Assembly: GCA_047495785.1 (NCBI GenBank)
Contig: JBLDXI010000017.1
Location: 1,116,001-1,180,000, forward strand
Length of the DNA stretch: 64,000 nt
Direction of reading: 5' to 3'
DNA from: Lepidodermella squamata
Lineage: Eukaryota; Animalia; Gastrotricha
Shown one piece after another: positions 33,684-46,500 of the stretch; within the stretch, counting starts at the first letter, position 1; the number at the start of each line of letters is the position of its first letter. The notes beneath the pieces were generated by a model. It was not told where the DNA came from and ran no database searches. It was given only the letters and a program-made list of their open reading frames with translations. The position numbers and the translations under genes are program-made.

Positions 33684-35489
33684 TTATCGGTACATGCCCG
33701 AGCCATTGCCGAAGCCGCCCTGGCCTCCGCCGCCGCTGTAGTTGTTGTTGTTGTTGTTACCAGAGCTGCCTGTAGACGAGAAGTCACCATAACCGCCCGC
33801 AGCGCTCGCCCCTATACTGTACGGGTTTTGCGAGCCAGAGGCGCCGGCGCCCGGAAACGGCCCACCAGCACCAGGCTGCCACTGGAAAAAAAATCGGAAA
33901 TTTTAATAAAAAACCAGGCTCAAAAATTAAAATTCGATCAAATTGTAATTTGATTTCCACTCACTCCTGACTGGTTTATCACACTGGATAACGCTGCGAT
34001 GAAAGCTGCCGAGTTCATCATGCCACCAGGGCCACCCGGGCCGCCCATTGGAGGCGTCATATTGTTGCCAACGTTGTTTCCAGCATTGCCGTTGTTGTTC
34101 GAGCCGCGGTTTCCCGGGAAATTTCCGCCGCGACCACCGGCGGGGTTGCCACCAGGACCTCCAGGAAACATACCAGGGTTGCCGAAATTTCTGAAAATTC
34201 AATCGAATTTAAGGAGGAATGCATCACGGAAATTTAATTAATTACCCAAAACCTCCAAAATAATTCATTAATTCGGCCGCCTGGTTGTTACCGCCGCCAG
34301 CCATGAAACCATTTCCATTGTTCATATCGTTTCCGTGACGTCCGCCACCGCCGCCACCACCTCCGCCAGAGCGGTTCCCACTGAAATTCGAAAAGTTACC
34401 ACCGCCTCCTTGGTGATTATTGTTGTTGTAATTGCCGCCTCGGCCGCCTTCGTGACGATCGTTGTTCGACTGTTTATTCGAACCACCGCCAGTAGCACCT
34501 CCACCTCCCGAACCGCCGTCTTTCATTCGCGGGTTAGCGCACGCAATGTGGACGACGTTGCCATCCATTTGCAGCTCCTTGCCGACGAGGCCCTGGGCGA
34601 CGGAGATGTCGCGGAATGTCACGAAAGCGCACGAGCGGAATGGTCTAGGCAAGTAGATATCCGTGACTGGGCCGTATTTGTTGAAGAATGTTCGAATCTG
34701 TTCCTCTGTTACATTTTGAGCGAGACGACCAACGAAAACGCGGCTACTGCAATTCGATGGCTGTTGGTTCGATTCATGCATAATCTGAGAAAAAAACACA
34801 TTTCTATCAGGTGGAATCGGTTGAAGAAACAATATTTTTACTTGAGAATTCGGAATTTTAACATCGCACCATCGCCCATCAATGTAATGCCGCATTGCTA
34901 GGACGCGTTCTTGAACGGAAAAGTCGGCGAATCTGACGAAACCAAAGCCACGAGAATGGCCGTCTTTATCACGCTTGATATCACAGGCGGCGATTGTACC
35001 GAATTGAGAGAAGTACTGCCGTAACTCGCTTTCGCCGGCTTTGTACGGTAGGCTGAGAACAATCAAATCACTGGTAGGCCGGTCGACCTTCGGCTCTTTT
35101 GAACTCGAGCCATCAGCTACATGACCGTCAAAGCTATCATCGGCTTTTCTCTTCCCACCCAGAACGCCTGTAAAAGATAAGACGTAAACTTGACTACTTC
35201 AAAAATGAACAAAATTACCCTTCGGGAAAGTTGCGATAAAAACTGTGTTCGCCCATGAGCCGTCTTCAGGAGGGTAGATCAAACCTTCAGAAACTCGAAC
35301 GCCGCGATACCGATCGGATCCTTCTTTCTTGTATTTTAGGCCCGTAGCACCTGGAAACTGAGCTTGAAGAGTGGACTGGGCAAGTGTACCGTTGCTTTCT
35401 AGAGGCAACTCCAGTGTATCATCGGGGCTGTTCTCTTCGCAAACCAGTACAAATGAGGGTGATGAATTTTCAGACGCTTCGGCTTTCAT
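33684..35489 (-). CDS. TARDBP: TAR DNA-binding protein 43 homolog
   Basis: N-terminal domain (ELPLESNGTLAQSTLQAQFPGATGLKYK...RGVR...PPEDGSW), RRM1 (SRGFGFVRF...HYIDGRWCDVKIP), RRM2 (VFVGRL...PRPFRSCAFVTF) and a Gly/Asn-rich C-terminus. Five exons. Confidence 0.95.
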
Positions 35490-35754
35490 TTCTCAATAAT
35501 GAAAACTAAAAACAATTTGTATGAATAGGTGCATTTAATTGTTTGTAAATTGTTTTGTCTTTAGATTATAACAAGTTTGAGCAAGATGTTACAGTTACCG
35601 GTTAGATTGTCAAGATAAATTCAAAAACGTTTTTATAAACTGTCAACATTGATATTAAAACAGCAGGAAAATGAGCAAAAACATGATGTATCGAAAATTT
35701 GGTAATACTAACAAACGAAAGACCGTCACCACGGATCACATATTGAGCATCAGG

Positions 35755-36969
35755 TCAAAAGATCAATACAAAAAGCAAGGCAGATAGCAAGATTAAAATA
35801 TTAATATCAAACTTGAAGGCAGAAGACTGTTCCCAGTACTGGTCGTCGTCGACAGTTGATTCGAGAGCAACTTTGTAGCCACCACGCGGAATATCGGCGG
35901 TTTCGTAGGTGAAAACAACAGGCGGGGGCTTCGGTGTAGTAGTCGCAACTTCAGGAGCACACAACTCTGAAGCGCGAGTGATTCCAACTTCAGCGAAAGT
36001 TTTAGGGGCAGTCTGGCGCATGTTTTGGAAGTCAGAATCGCGAATAACGCATTGGTCGTTGTTTTCAGATTGAGTTTGAGTACCAAAGGCACCATTCGCA
36101 ATCACGACATCTTGAGGCGCTGCAGTGCGAACACCGGTGAGTGAGATCTGACCGACCCAAAAGATGAATTTTGCACCGTTTTCATCGCTGCAACCATCAG
36201 CGGCTTTCACTAAGGTGTGCACAAGAACACGGGATACATCGCAGCGGAACACTCGGCAGTGTTTGCCGAACGACAACGGGGAGGAATCACCTGGAGATGC
36301 ATTCGATGATGATGATGGAGGAGCGATGCTGCTCAGCTGATTCAAGAGCTCGCGATCTTTGCGAATGCACAACGCGAGATCAGCCAACTTGACCTTTTGA
36401 TCTTGAATTTTACGGCAAGCATCAATCATTGCACGACCAACGAATTCGATTTGCTGATCAGTGATCAATGCTGCGATTTCATTCATAACCGAAGACATAG
36501 GGCTGCCAGATCCCGGTCGAGTTTGAGATGCAGCAATACCCTGGATGATGTCTACCAACTTCTTTTTGTCCAAACATTTCAGAAAATCACCACCAGTACA
36601 TTCGTTGAATATGTTGAACGCGCGACAAGTATCTTTCATCACCTGCGCTTGCTGCCGCAGCTTTGACTCTTCAATATCGGTAAATGACAGCAACTCATAG
36701 ACTTTGAACGTTTCGACGACAGCTGTAACGTTCAACGTCATTAGGCTCATCAGACACTGTGGAACGCGGCTTTGAGGACAACTCTGCGCAATGAAGTTAC
36801 CAGCTAACTGTTGCTGCTTCGCTGCGCCATTATTAGGTCCAGGACGGCGATCAACTGGCATAACGGGGTTAATATCATATTGTGAAGGAGCAGGTTGCCG
36901 TGCGATAGGTCTTTGAGCAGCAACCAGGGTCAGAAACACGCCTCCTAGTAATGCGACAGTTCGAAGCAT
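35755..36969 (-). CDS. Unknown secreted, probably GPI-anchored Cys-containing protein (404 aa, single exon)
   Basis: N-terminal signal peptide (MLRTVALLGGVFLTLVAAQ), spaced cysteines, Thr/Pro stalk, and a hydrophobic C-terminus with no cytoplasmic tail. Confidence 0.8.
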   Translation of the reverse strand: MLRTVALLGGVFLTLVAAQRPIARQPAPSQYDINPVMPVDRRPGPNNGAAKQQQLAGNFIAQSCPQSRVPQCLMSLMTLNVTAVVETFKVYELLSFTDIEESKLRQQAQVMKDTCRAFNIFNECTGGDFLKCLDKKKLVDIIQGIAASQTRPGSGSPMSSVMNEIAALITDQQIEFVGRAMIDACRKIQDQKVKLADLALCIRKDRELLNQLSSIAPPSSSSNASPGDSSPLSFGKHCRVFRCDVSRVLVHTLVKAADGCSDENGAKFIFWVGQISLTGVRTAAPQDVVIANGAFGTQTQSENNDQCVIRDSDFQNMRQTAPKTFAEVGITRASELCAPEVATTTPKPPPVVFTYETADIPRGGYKVALESTVDDDQYWEQSSAFKFDINILILLSALLFVLIF

Positions 36970-37248
36970 GGTCGATAAATTAATGTATAAAAATTTGTCA
37001 GCTGGATACTAAAAATGTTGAAAATGACAGTAGGTATATTGGCACTGTTGTTGATAATTGTAAGCCTGGTTACTGGCATATTAGACATATAAAATTAACA
37101 GTCATCTATGTTAAGGTGACTAACTGATAAGTATCCGATGAAACAAGGGCGGAGATGAGGGAAAGTTGTACTAAATCCATAACGCCATATTGATGTGAAT
37201 TGAAGATGGTTGTCAGGATTTGTTGATTTTTGACGCCGGATAACAACC

Positions 37249-37404
37249 ATATCCGGGTGTCATCGGTGGACAGCGATGAGCGATGGATATTCGTCCTTCT
37301 CCTTCAGGCTTCTATTCCGGCCTTCGGCTGCGCCTCGAGCCTACATAGCTAGCCTTCAGGCCGATATCCATCGTGCTATCCACCTATGATATCCACCCGG
37401 ATAT
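37249..37404. repeat. Degenerate palindromic MITE-like element
   Basis: Inverted arms ATATCCGGGTG...GGTGGA...CGATGGATAT / ATATCCATCG...TCCACC...CACCCGGATAT around a central GCC-TTC-GGC hairpin. Confidence 0.6.
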
Positions 37405-37571
37405 TGTATAAAAACTCAGGAATGTTTTAGCCCTCACTATAGTGAAAATAACCTATAAACTACAATTTATGAACCTCGTAACATTTGAATTGAGAAAAGG
37501 ATTCTAAGCGGGAAGAGAGTCCACTTTGGCTTCTTAAGTCTTAAAACACACAACCAGAGGGAGCCAGACAT

Positions 37572-38212
37572 GCCGTAAGGTATTCCGGGATAGCCCCAAT
37601 GTATAGTATACATCGTGTATAGCGCGCACTTGTATACTATACAACCGTATACTATACAGCGTGTATACTATACATGTATACTATACAAGCTGCGGATGCG
37701 CGCGCGCACTTGTATACCATACAAGTACGTCAAATTACGGCCGTTTTCAAACCTAAAATGCAGATCAAGTTGGTAGAAGCATGACCCCCTGCTTAACATT
37801 CGAATTTAGATAAATCGGTAGTTGCTCTAGGCTCTGTGAACAAGCGTTTAGCATTCAGCTTCGGGAAAATTAGGTATGAATTTTACAGCCAAATTGAATT
37901 GTGGCCAGACTGTGGAATGAGGGACATGTCTAGAAGAGTAATAATTTGATTGGCTCGAAAATAGTTGATTACAGAAGCTTTAAAAAGCTGTTTCTTGTGT
38001 TGAGTGCGCGTAGATTGTATAGAAGCGCGCTCAAGAAGTTGCAACTTGTATAGTATACATGTATGGTATACAAGCACCTAGTGCGCACTCCATGATTGTA
38101 TAGTATACATGTATAGTATACACGCTGTATAGTATACGGTTGTATAGTATACAAGTGCGCGCTATACACGATGTATACTATACATTGGGGCTATCCCGGA
38201 ATACCTTACGGC
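37572..38212. mobile_element. Non-autonomous foldback/MITE DNA transposon, 641 bp
   Basis: Perfect 117-bp TIRs (37572-37688 and 38096-38212) built from TGTATACTATACA subrepeats. 8-bp TSD CCAGACAT at 37564-37571 and 38213-38220. Confidence 0.93.
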
Positions 38213-39012
38213 CCAGACATGGATCGACAAAACTTGTCGCCAATCGTCGCAAATATGGAAAAGATTTTGATGGAAAGAACCGATGGCGCGAAGTTTAAAT
38301 TTAAAATAGAATATTATGTTAAATACAGTCTATATTATTATTCTATCGCATTTCAGATTGCCATTAAAAAGTTTTCACGGCCGAATGGAAAGCCCGCGTC
38401 CAGTGATTTGCCGATCGAACAGATGGCTGCCCACACCGCATGACGCCGCCTGTCCCCGAGATGAGTTAGCAAGTCGTTACGGGTCGATCGTATGTTATTT
38501 CGTCATTACCTCGTGTTGCCACATGCTTCGCAATCAGCATCACATGTTCTTTTGCCAATGGCGCATTTTCGGAAGTCGGAGGCTGGAGACTTGATGCAGG
38601 GCCATAGATTGTTTGAACTATCAATTCTCAATTGATTATATGCGCTTGTTAGCCGCTTTTTATTCCTTGAAATCGACTTCCAGTTGGGACCAGTTAACGC
38701 CAAAGTTGCGCACTTTGTCCGCGTGTCCGGTGTAAAGTGTCAGTAGACACATTTTACCGATTAAGTATGACAGCAAGGTGAAGTCTGTTTGGTCCCTAAT
38801 CCTTTTCTCTCGTATTAGGATCTAGCTATATTTATTGGATTCCAATAGCTTGCCCTTTCTTTTTTTTGCAAAATTCATGGGAACTACTCCTCTGAGACCG
38901 TTCCATTACTCGCCCTTCCATTTGAGCTGGTTGCACCTGTACCAAAGCTTAATTTTGTTTTCATTGTAGATTTAAATTTTCTGATAAAAGCCTCAAAATT
39001 GCTCCAATAAAG

Positions 39013-39813
39013 ATGCCACGTGACTCGCCCGCCGTTATGGTGCCAGAGCTTGAGGCATTCAAGGAAAAATGCAAAATAGACGCGGAAGCTTTGGTCAAAG
39101 ATGAGTTTCCGAAGAAAATATTGTCACTTCAAGCCTTGATTACTTCCGACAAGTTTAATGTCAAGCGCCTCAATGAAGTTGGTGGTATTGACCTCGGCAT
39201 TCCGGTCCCTAGTGCGGTGTCAGTTGACCAATGTTGCTCGGGGAAGCGTTCAAAAGCGGAATCCGGCGACGCTAAAGGAACAGCAGTTCACGCTTTCACT
39301 TGTGGAACTGTCCCAATCAATCCAATTTTGGCCGAATTGGTTGACATTGTCAAACCCGAGTCTCGTCAGCTAATTGACTTTTTAAACTTGGTTTGTTTTT
39401 TTTTCAAAATATTTACTGATCCACTAATTACTTATGAACTTGCATACTTTCAGATCAAGATGTGGATCACCTTCCTAATTCCCAGAATCGAAGATGGTAA
39501 CAATTTTGGCGTCGGTGTTCAGGAAGAGACTCTCGGCCTTGTTACTCAATCAGAGCAAGACGCCGCTACTTACCTCGATCAAATCTCGCGTTACTACTTG
39601 AATCGCGCTCGCATCGTTGCCAAAGTGGCCAAGTATCCTCATATCGAAGACTTCCGCAGGACCATTCGCGAGTTGGATGAAAAAGAATTCGTTTCTCTGC
39701 GCCTCATTCTTTGCGAGCTCAGAAATCAGTATTCTTCGCTGCACGACATCATCCACAAGAATCTGGACAAGATCAAGAAGCCTCGTACCGCTCACAGTGA
39801 TCACCTGTTTTAG
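39013..39813 (+). CDS. PSME3: Proteasome activator PA28 gamma / REG-gamma
   Basis: KMWITFLIPRIEDGNNFGVGVQEE, RIVAKVAKYPHIEDFR and ELRNQY...KIKKPR. 63-nt intron 39391-39453. Confidence 0.95.
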   Translation: MPRDSPAVMVPELEAFKEKCKIDAEALVKDEFPKKILSLQALITSDKFNVKRLNEVGGIDLGIPVPSAVSVDQCCSGKRSKAESGDAKGTAVHAFTCGTVPINPILAELVDIVKPESRQLIDFLNLVCFFFKIFTDPLITYELAYFQIKMWITFLIPRIEDGNNFGVGVQEETLGLVTQSEQDAATYLDQISRYYLNRARIVAKVAKYPHIEDFRRTIRELDEKEFVSLRLILCELRNQYSSLHDIIHKNLDKIKKPRTAHSDHLF

Positions 39814-40099
39814 AGGGTCTTAGTAATCGTTTTTCGCGGTTACCTGAAAATCCCAGTGTCACAATCGTGTGTAATTTTCAGCAAATCTGTTGCAGAGCTA
39901 CTGTAGATAATTTGTAAAATGGCTCTTTCAATCAGTTCCGTTCCATCTTTTCTGGTGATGTTACGTTTCTAGATACCTATAAGCATTTTACTGTCATTGT
40001 GTCGAGTATGCGTGCGTTCAAAGATTTACTGGTAGTAAATGACAAGTCGCTCAAATAATCTGTTTCTCTTTACTGTAGGGTTTGTTAATAATAGTAATA

Positions 40100-43000
40100 A
40101 TGGCTGAAAGTCAGGAAGAGATGCGTCAAAAACGGTTGGCTCGACTGCAAGCTATGGAAACATCCACTTCAAGGGTTGAGGCAGTATCGCCCGTATCGAA
40201 TGTTAGTGCCATGGAGTTGAGCGACGCTCCTCAAAAGATTGCACGAACCATCCAGCCCGAGGTAGCCAAAGTTGAGCCTAATGTGGAAATCATTGACAAA
40301 CCGAAGTCTCCTCAGCCCGCACCGCCGCCAAAACGAAACGTTGATCCAATGGAGGCATTCTTTCGAACAACTGCACAAATCTTCGAAGCTAACCAAGCTG
40401 ATTTGAGAGCTGGGTTTGCTAATCTGGATCCAAACAATGCGAATCATGTCAAATCGATTGCTCAACTCGCAGTATTTGCTTGGATGTCCACGAAAAATAA
40501 ACAACTTCACCTGTCCGAGGAGCTCGTGGAGCTTTGTGAGCCAAATTTAAGGAAGGACGTCGAAATTCTTCACTACTTTGCTTGCTGCTACAATCGCTGC
40601 ATGGAGTCTACTTACGCTTACGACAACTGCAAAAGCGTGATTGCGAGTAGCATTTTAAATTATACTCTCTTGCTGGTTAATGGAGGATTGACTAATACAC
40701 CGTTCAATACACTGGCGTTCTATTACTTGTTCAAGGAGAAAATAATCAGCGGTGACTTTATGCTTCAATTATTGTCACTAGTTCCGAATCCGAAGCTGAT
40801 TGACCAAATTTGCCATCCTATGTTGAAGAGACTGGCAGTTATTGTGTCAGATGCTACTCTGTCAAATCAGTCATTCCGACAACCTGTTGAGATTTTATCC
40901 GAGTTGTGTGGCTTGAAATTTCATAACAGTAATGTTCGGCCATTTTGTTCCTCGATGGTTCGCTTGGACAATTGGCAACCCGAGGCATTTACCAAAGATC
41001 ATGGTGATGACCTCAAAGCAGCGCCAGGGCGTGAAATTCAGGTTTTATCGTATTTGGGCCCATTTTTTTCGTTGTCACCGTTCGCCGAAGACGACCCAAC
41101 GATTTTGTACGACTGCTACGCAATCGACGAGCCTAGCCATGCCCAATTGAACATGACTAGTGCAGGTCTGGCTCAGAACGCAGAAAATCTACGACGTCAT
41201 TTACACGAAATCATCCACTGCTTATTGGTTAACGCCGAATCTCGAAATGCTACGCTTAATTACATTGTTCAAGTGTTGGAGCGATCTTGGAAGAGACGCC
41301 AGCACTACTTCGACTATCGTGTTGTTGCTAGTGATGGTTTCGTCCTGAATTGGCTTTACGTTCTGCAGAAATTGTGTGTGAAAATTAAGGTGGATAAAGT
41401 ATCGAAAGACTACTTATGGCATGCAAAATGCCGTATCGGGCAGCTAATTCAAACGGATGACGCTAGGATTCGATTCAACAAGCAAGAACTTGAACAATGG
41501 CTGGCGTCTAGGCCTCGGACTGCCGAGGATGAGGTTGATCCTACTTTTTCAACGGAATGCTTTTACCTGACAGCTTTTGTCCACCACATCGGTATTGTTT
41601 CTATCATCCGCCGTTTCAATAACAGGCGACGAGCAGTTCATGAAATCAACGATATGATCGCCAAGTTGGAGAAAAAAGTCGAGGAGGGTGGTCAATTGAA
41701 TAAGGAAGAAACTCGCCAGCTGAAATTAGCCAAGCTAGAGCGAAGCGCTGTGAAACGAATGGGTCTTTCTATTGGTGGGGCGTTGAGCGATCCGTGTCTC
41801 ATTGACCAAACTGTTCAATTCCTCAACACTTTCTGCTCTTTCCTGCTATCGTACATCTTTCCCGACCCGAAAAACGTGCCCTCGCAGTTCAACTCAGTCA
41901 CAGCTGCTGATTTGCCTGCTAATTTCCGTGCATTGCCTGAATTTTACTTCGAAAATATTGCCGAATGGTTGTTCTACTACTCGCGTGTTCACCCGGTGGA
42001 ATTGTCTCAATCAATGGTTGATGACATCATTACGTGGTTTACGCTGTTTTTGAGCAACACTTCGCTGATCAAAAATCCGTTTTTAACCGCAAGGCTTGTG
42101 GAAACTCTGTTCATGCTATGCCCAATGAACCCTCGCTACCCAACCGAGCGACTTTTCACGACTATCGTTATGGCTCCGATTGCTTTGAACGGCCTCGTTC
42201 CTTCTCTGATGAAATTCTACGTTGATTGCGAGTTGACCGGATCACACACGGAGTTTTTCGACAAATTCAACATTCGTTACCACATTTCGGTGATTTTCCG
42301 TCAAATTTGGAATTTGATGGAGTACAAAACTGCTATCATCAACGAAGCGCAAACTGCTTGCACGATTGGCTCGCAGTCTGTTTTCGTCAAATTCGTAAAC
42401 ATGCTCATCAACGATTGTACTTTCTTCCTCGATGAAAGCATGCAACTCTTGAAACGAATTCATGAAATCCAAGAACTGCAAGCTAACGAAGCTGAGTGGA
42501 ATAAGCTAAACGAGGTAATTAAATTTAAAATTTTCAATAATTAAGGTGGAATTTTGAGTTTTTAAATTTGATTACTTATTTTTCGATTTATTCCAGGAAG
42601 CGAAGAAAGCAAAGAGCGAGATTTTGGCTCAAGATGAGCGAGTCGTCCCGCAATATTTGAATTTGGGCGATGATAATCTTCGAATGTTCGGCTATTTGAC
42701 AAAAGATGCGAAAGAAGCCTTCCTTGTACCGGAAATCGTCGATAAATTAGCTGCGATGTTGAACTACAACTTGTCCCAACTGTGTGGTCCTCGCTGTACC
42801 GAGCTGAAAGTTCGAAATCCGGAAAAATTTAGCTGGAACCCGAAGCAGCTACTGGAAAGACTCATTCAAGTTTATTTACATTTGGACTGCGAAAAGTTTG
42901 CTAACGCGATATCAAATGATGAACGGTCCTACAATGATGAACTATTCGGACGTGCTCATTTCCGCCTGCTTAAAACCGGGATTTTATCCGGTGGCGAGAC

Positions 43001-43370
43001 CGAACAATTTCGCTTGCTGGGTGAACGTGTCGTTGCATTGAATAAGGAACGAATGCAGGAAGAAATGGACCTTGGCGAACCTCCAGAGCATTTCAAGGAC
43101 GCTTTGATGGACACTTTGATGTCAGACCCGGTGCAACTTCCTTCAGGCAAAGTTTGTGATCGCTCTATCGTCACTCGCCTGCTACTCGACCGTCCTGTTG
43201 ATCCTTTCAACCGACAAGAAATGACCGAAAATGACCTTATTTCACGTAATTTTGTCTGATTTTCGTAAAATTTGGCTATAAATATGTGTTATTTAGTGCC
43301 GGAGTTGAAAAAGGAGATCGAGGAATGGATCAGGGCGCGAAAGGCAGATCTTCAGCAGCAGCGTTCATAG
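40100..43370 (+). CDS. UBE4B: Ubiquitin conjugation factor E4 B (Ufd2) with C-terminal U-box
   Basis: [12 protein letters not shown]-terminus, [46 protein letters not shown] and U-box [14 protein letters not shown]...DPFNRQ. Three exons. Confidence 0.95.
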
Positions 43371-43569
43371 ATTTCCCATAAGTCTCATTGACATCTTTCG
43401 ATTATTCCGGAGGCAATTGAAATACACTCTTTCGTCTTAAGATATCTGCTTTTTTAACTGTTGCCTACCTAGAGGCTCTAAAATAAATTGTGACAAATTT
43501 TCGTTCTAATATAATATTTCTAATTTTTTAGACCTCATTAAATTGAAATTTTGGGGAAATTGAGGTCGG

Positions 43570-46500
43570 ATGGCTGTTCACATGCAGTCAAATGCTGTTT
43601 ACATCGTGCAGAGTGAAATTGTGCAGTTACTAACGCCGTTGAAGCGTTCGTTCAAGACTCAGACTCACGTCGATGAGGCTCAGTTGCCGCTTCTGAATTC
43701 GCTGCTGCAACTTCGAGACGTCCTGGCCAATGTCAGTGCTATTCATCAAGTCGATCTGAGCACGATTCTAGCTCCATTTCTCGACTGTATTCGATCTGAG
43801 GAGACTAGTGGACCAATCACAGCTCTGGCTCTCAATTCAATTAACAAATTTCTGCTCTATGGAATAGTCGATCCGAACTTGTATGAAATCAAACTGGTTT
43901 CTTCAGCGGTTTCGAATATTTCAAATGCGGTTAACCATGCTCGATTTGTTGGCGATTCCACATCCCAGTCTGATGAGGTCGTTTTTCTGAAAATTCTTCA
44001 AGTTTTGCGAACGCTTCTCTTCGTCAACGCGAGTTCACTGCTGACAGACGAAGACATCTGTGAATGCTTGCAAACGTGTTTTCGGATATGTTTCGAAGCT
44101 CGTTTGAGTGAATTGTTGCGAAAATCTGCGGAAAGTATCCTCGCAGAAGCGACTTTCATGCTATTCTCGCGGTTACCGTTTTTTAAGGAGGACGTCCGGC
44201 CTGATTCTAAAAAGTTGAAATTACGAACTGGGCTATTTGACGCCTCGCAAAAAGCGAAGAAGAAACCGACGAAAAAGCAATCGCCACAAATGCCGAAGCA
44301 CATGCCGCCTCGTTCTCAAACAATCGCTGACTTACCGGCTGGTCGTTTGACATCGGCAACTTCCACGCCGGACTTGACCAGCCCGGATTTTGTTATGGTC
44401 GGCCCGACTGATTTGGCTTCAGATCACGAAAAGGCTGAAACCAAGTCGGAAAATAACGACCACAGCTCAGCTGCGGATGCGTTATCAACTGATTCCGGTG
44501 TAGCTTCTAGCGAAAATCCACCTCAACAGTTGATTCCTAAACCACCTGTTGAGAGGGATCTGGTCCAAGAAAACGAGTCATACATGCTATCACCCTATGG
44601 CATTTCAACTGTTTACGAGTTACTTCGCTTTCTGATTCAAATCATCAATCCGTTGGATAAAAACAACACTCCTATGATGATTTCACTCGGTCTCAATCTA
44701 CTGACAATCGCATTTGAAACATCAGCTGATAATGTTTCAAATTCCAGGCCGTTGGTCATGTTAGTTCGCGAGGAGTTACTTAGGAACCTGTTGTTTTTCT
44801 TCTCATGCGACAACAAATATTCACTATTCGTCTCGGCTTTACGCCTCGGATTTTTCATCTACGAATCGTGCCGAACTTTTCTGAAATTCCAACTCGAAAT
44901 TTACCTGCAAAAATTGTTTCAGCTCATCACAAGTGAAAGCGGCAAGGTCAGTTTCGAGTACAGAGAAGCCGCCCTTGAGGCTGTGGTGGATCTATGGCGA
45001 GTCCCGGGTTTTGTCGCCGAGCTATATATCAATTACGACTGCTCGTTGTTGAGCTCGAATCTTTTCGAAAAAACCACCGAAATGTTGTCGAAAAACGCGT
45101 TTCCGCTTCACGGCCTATTCAACACGAATTTGATTTCTCTCGAAGCTCTGCTAACAATCATCGACGGAATTGAAGAGCATTGTCTATCGAGAATGTTGAA
45201 CGCTGTTGGGGATAATTCGATTTTCGGGGCGAATTCAGGTGGACCAGCAGCGGTTAGCGCCGCAGCGGCCCGTTCGACTATTCAATGGCGACTTTCTCGG
45301 GTGAAATCAACTCGTATGCCGTCGTTGGATGAACTCCTTCAAAACCGGCATAAAAAAGCGTTGTTGCATATGAGCATTGAAGAGTTCAACAAAAAGCCGT
45401 CGAAGGGCATTGTCTTCATGCAAGAGCATAAACTCATCTCCCAGAATGCGACTCCAAATGAAATTGCCGCGTTTTTGAAAAACAACCCTGGTATCGATAA
45501 AAAGGTCTTGGGTGACTACATCGGGGAACGGAAGAACGCGGCGATTTTAAAGGCTTACGTCGAGCAATTCACCTTTGAAAATGTTCGGATTGACGATGCG
45601 CTTCGAGTTTTTCTCGAGTCATTCCGTTTACCTGGTGAAGCGCCTGTTATTGCTTTAATCATGGAGCAATTCGCCGAGGCTTACTACAACGCGGCCGGCC
45701 AGCAGCAGAATTTTGCTAATAAAGACTCGGCTTTTACCCTCGGCTATGCGGTTATCATGTTGAACACGGATCAACACAACACAAATGTTAAGAAGAACAG
45801 TTTACCCATGACGTTGGAGGACTTCAAGAAGAACGTCAAGGGTTGTAATGGTGGTGGTAATTTTGACGAGGAAATGTTGACTGAGCTGTACTACGCGATT
45901 AAAACCGAGGAAATCATCATGCCTGAAGAACATACTGGTCTGGTTAAGGACAAATACCTATGGAAAATGGCTCTTCATTACTCGATGGATCCGGCGAAAA
46001 GCGAATTTCTCCACGTCCATCCGCCTGGTTTGCTCGATAAAGAAGTTTTCCTGCTCGCCTGGCGGCACATTGTCTCGGCGTTGAGTTATGTCTACGACAA
46101 AACCATCAACCCGTCGATGATTCAGAAGACGTTGAGCGGTTTCAGGAAATGTGCGTTGATATCAGCGCATTACAATTTGCACGAGGTTTTCGACAATTTG
46201 CTCATCACGCTATGCAAGTTTACCAATCTTGCCCCGTCAACTGGCGCTGGCTCAGCAGCTGCGAATTCCGCTACTATGAATTCCGGAATGGGCGCAGAAT
46301 CAGGTAATAAATATCTGAAAATTCCCGATTTTCGAAATTGACAAAAAAATCGATTAGGTATCATGTATTGAAAAATGGCTAAAATAGTTATTTCAAAATT
46401 GGAGATGAATTTTACTGATGGGCTGGAGAAAAACTGAAAATGACTAAAATATATTATAAACTTTTGCTTTAAGGTGGAGAACTTGTTGCGGTTACTCTCG

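Noticed and set aside
37883-38169. Tyr-rich ORFs
   Set aside because: Artefacts of the transposon TIR subrepeats.
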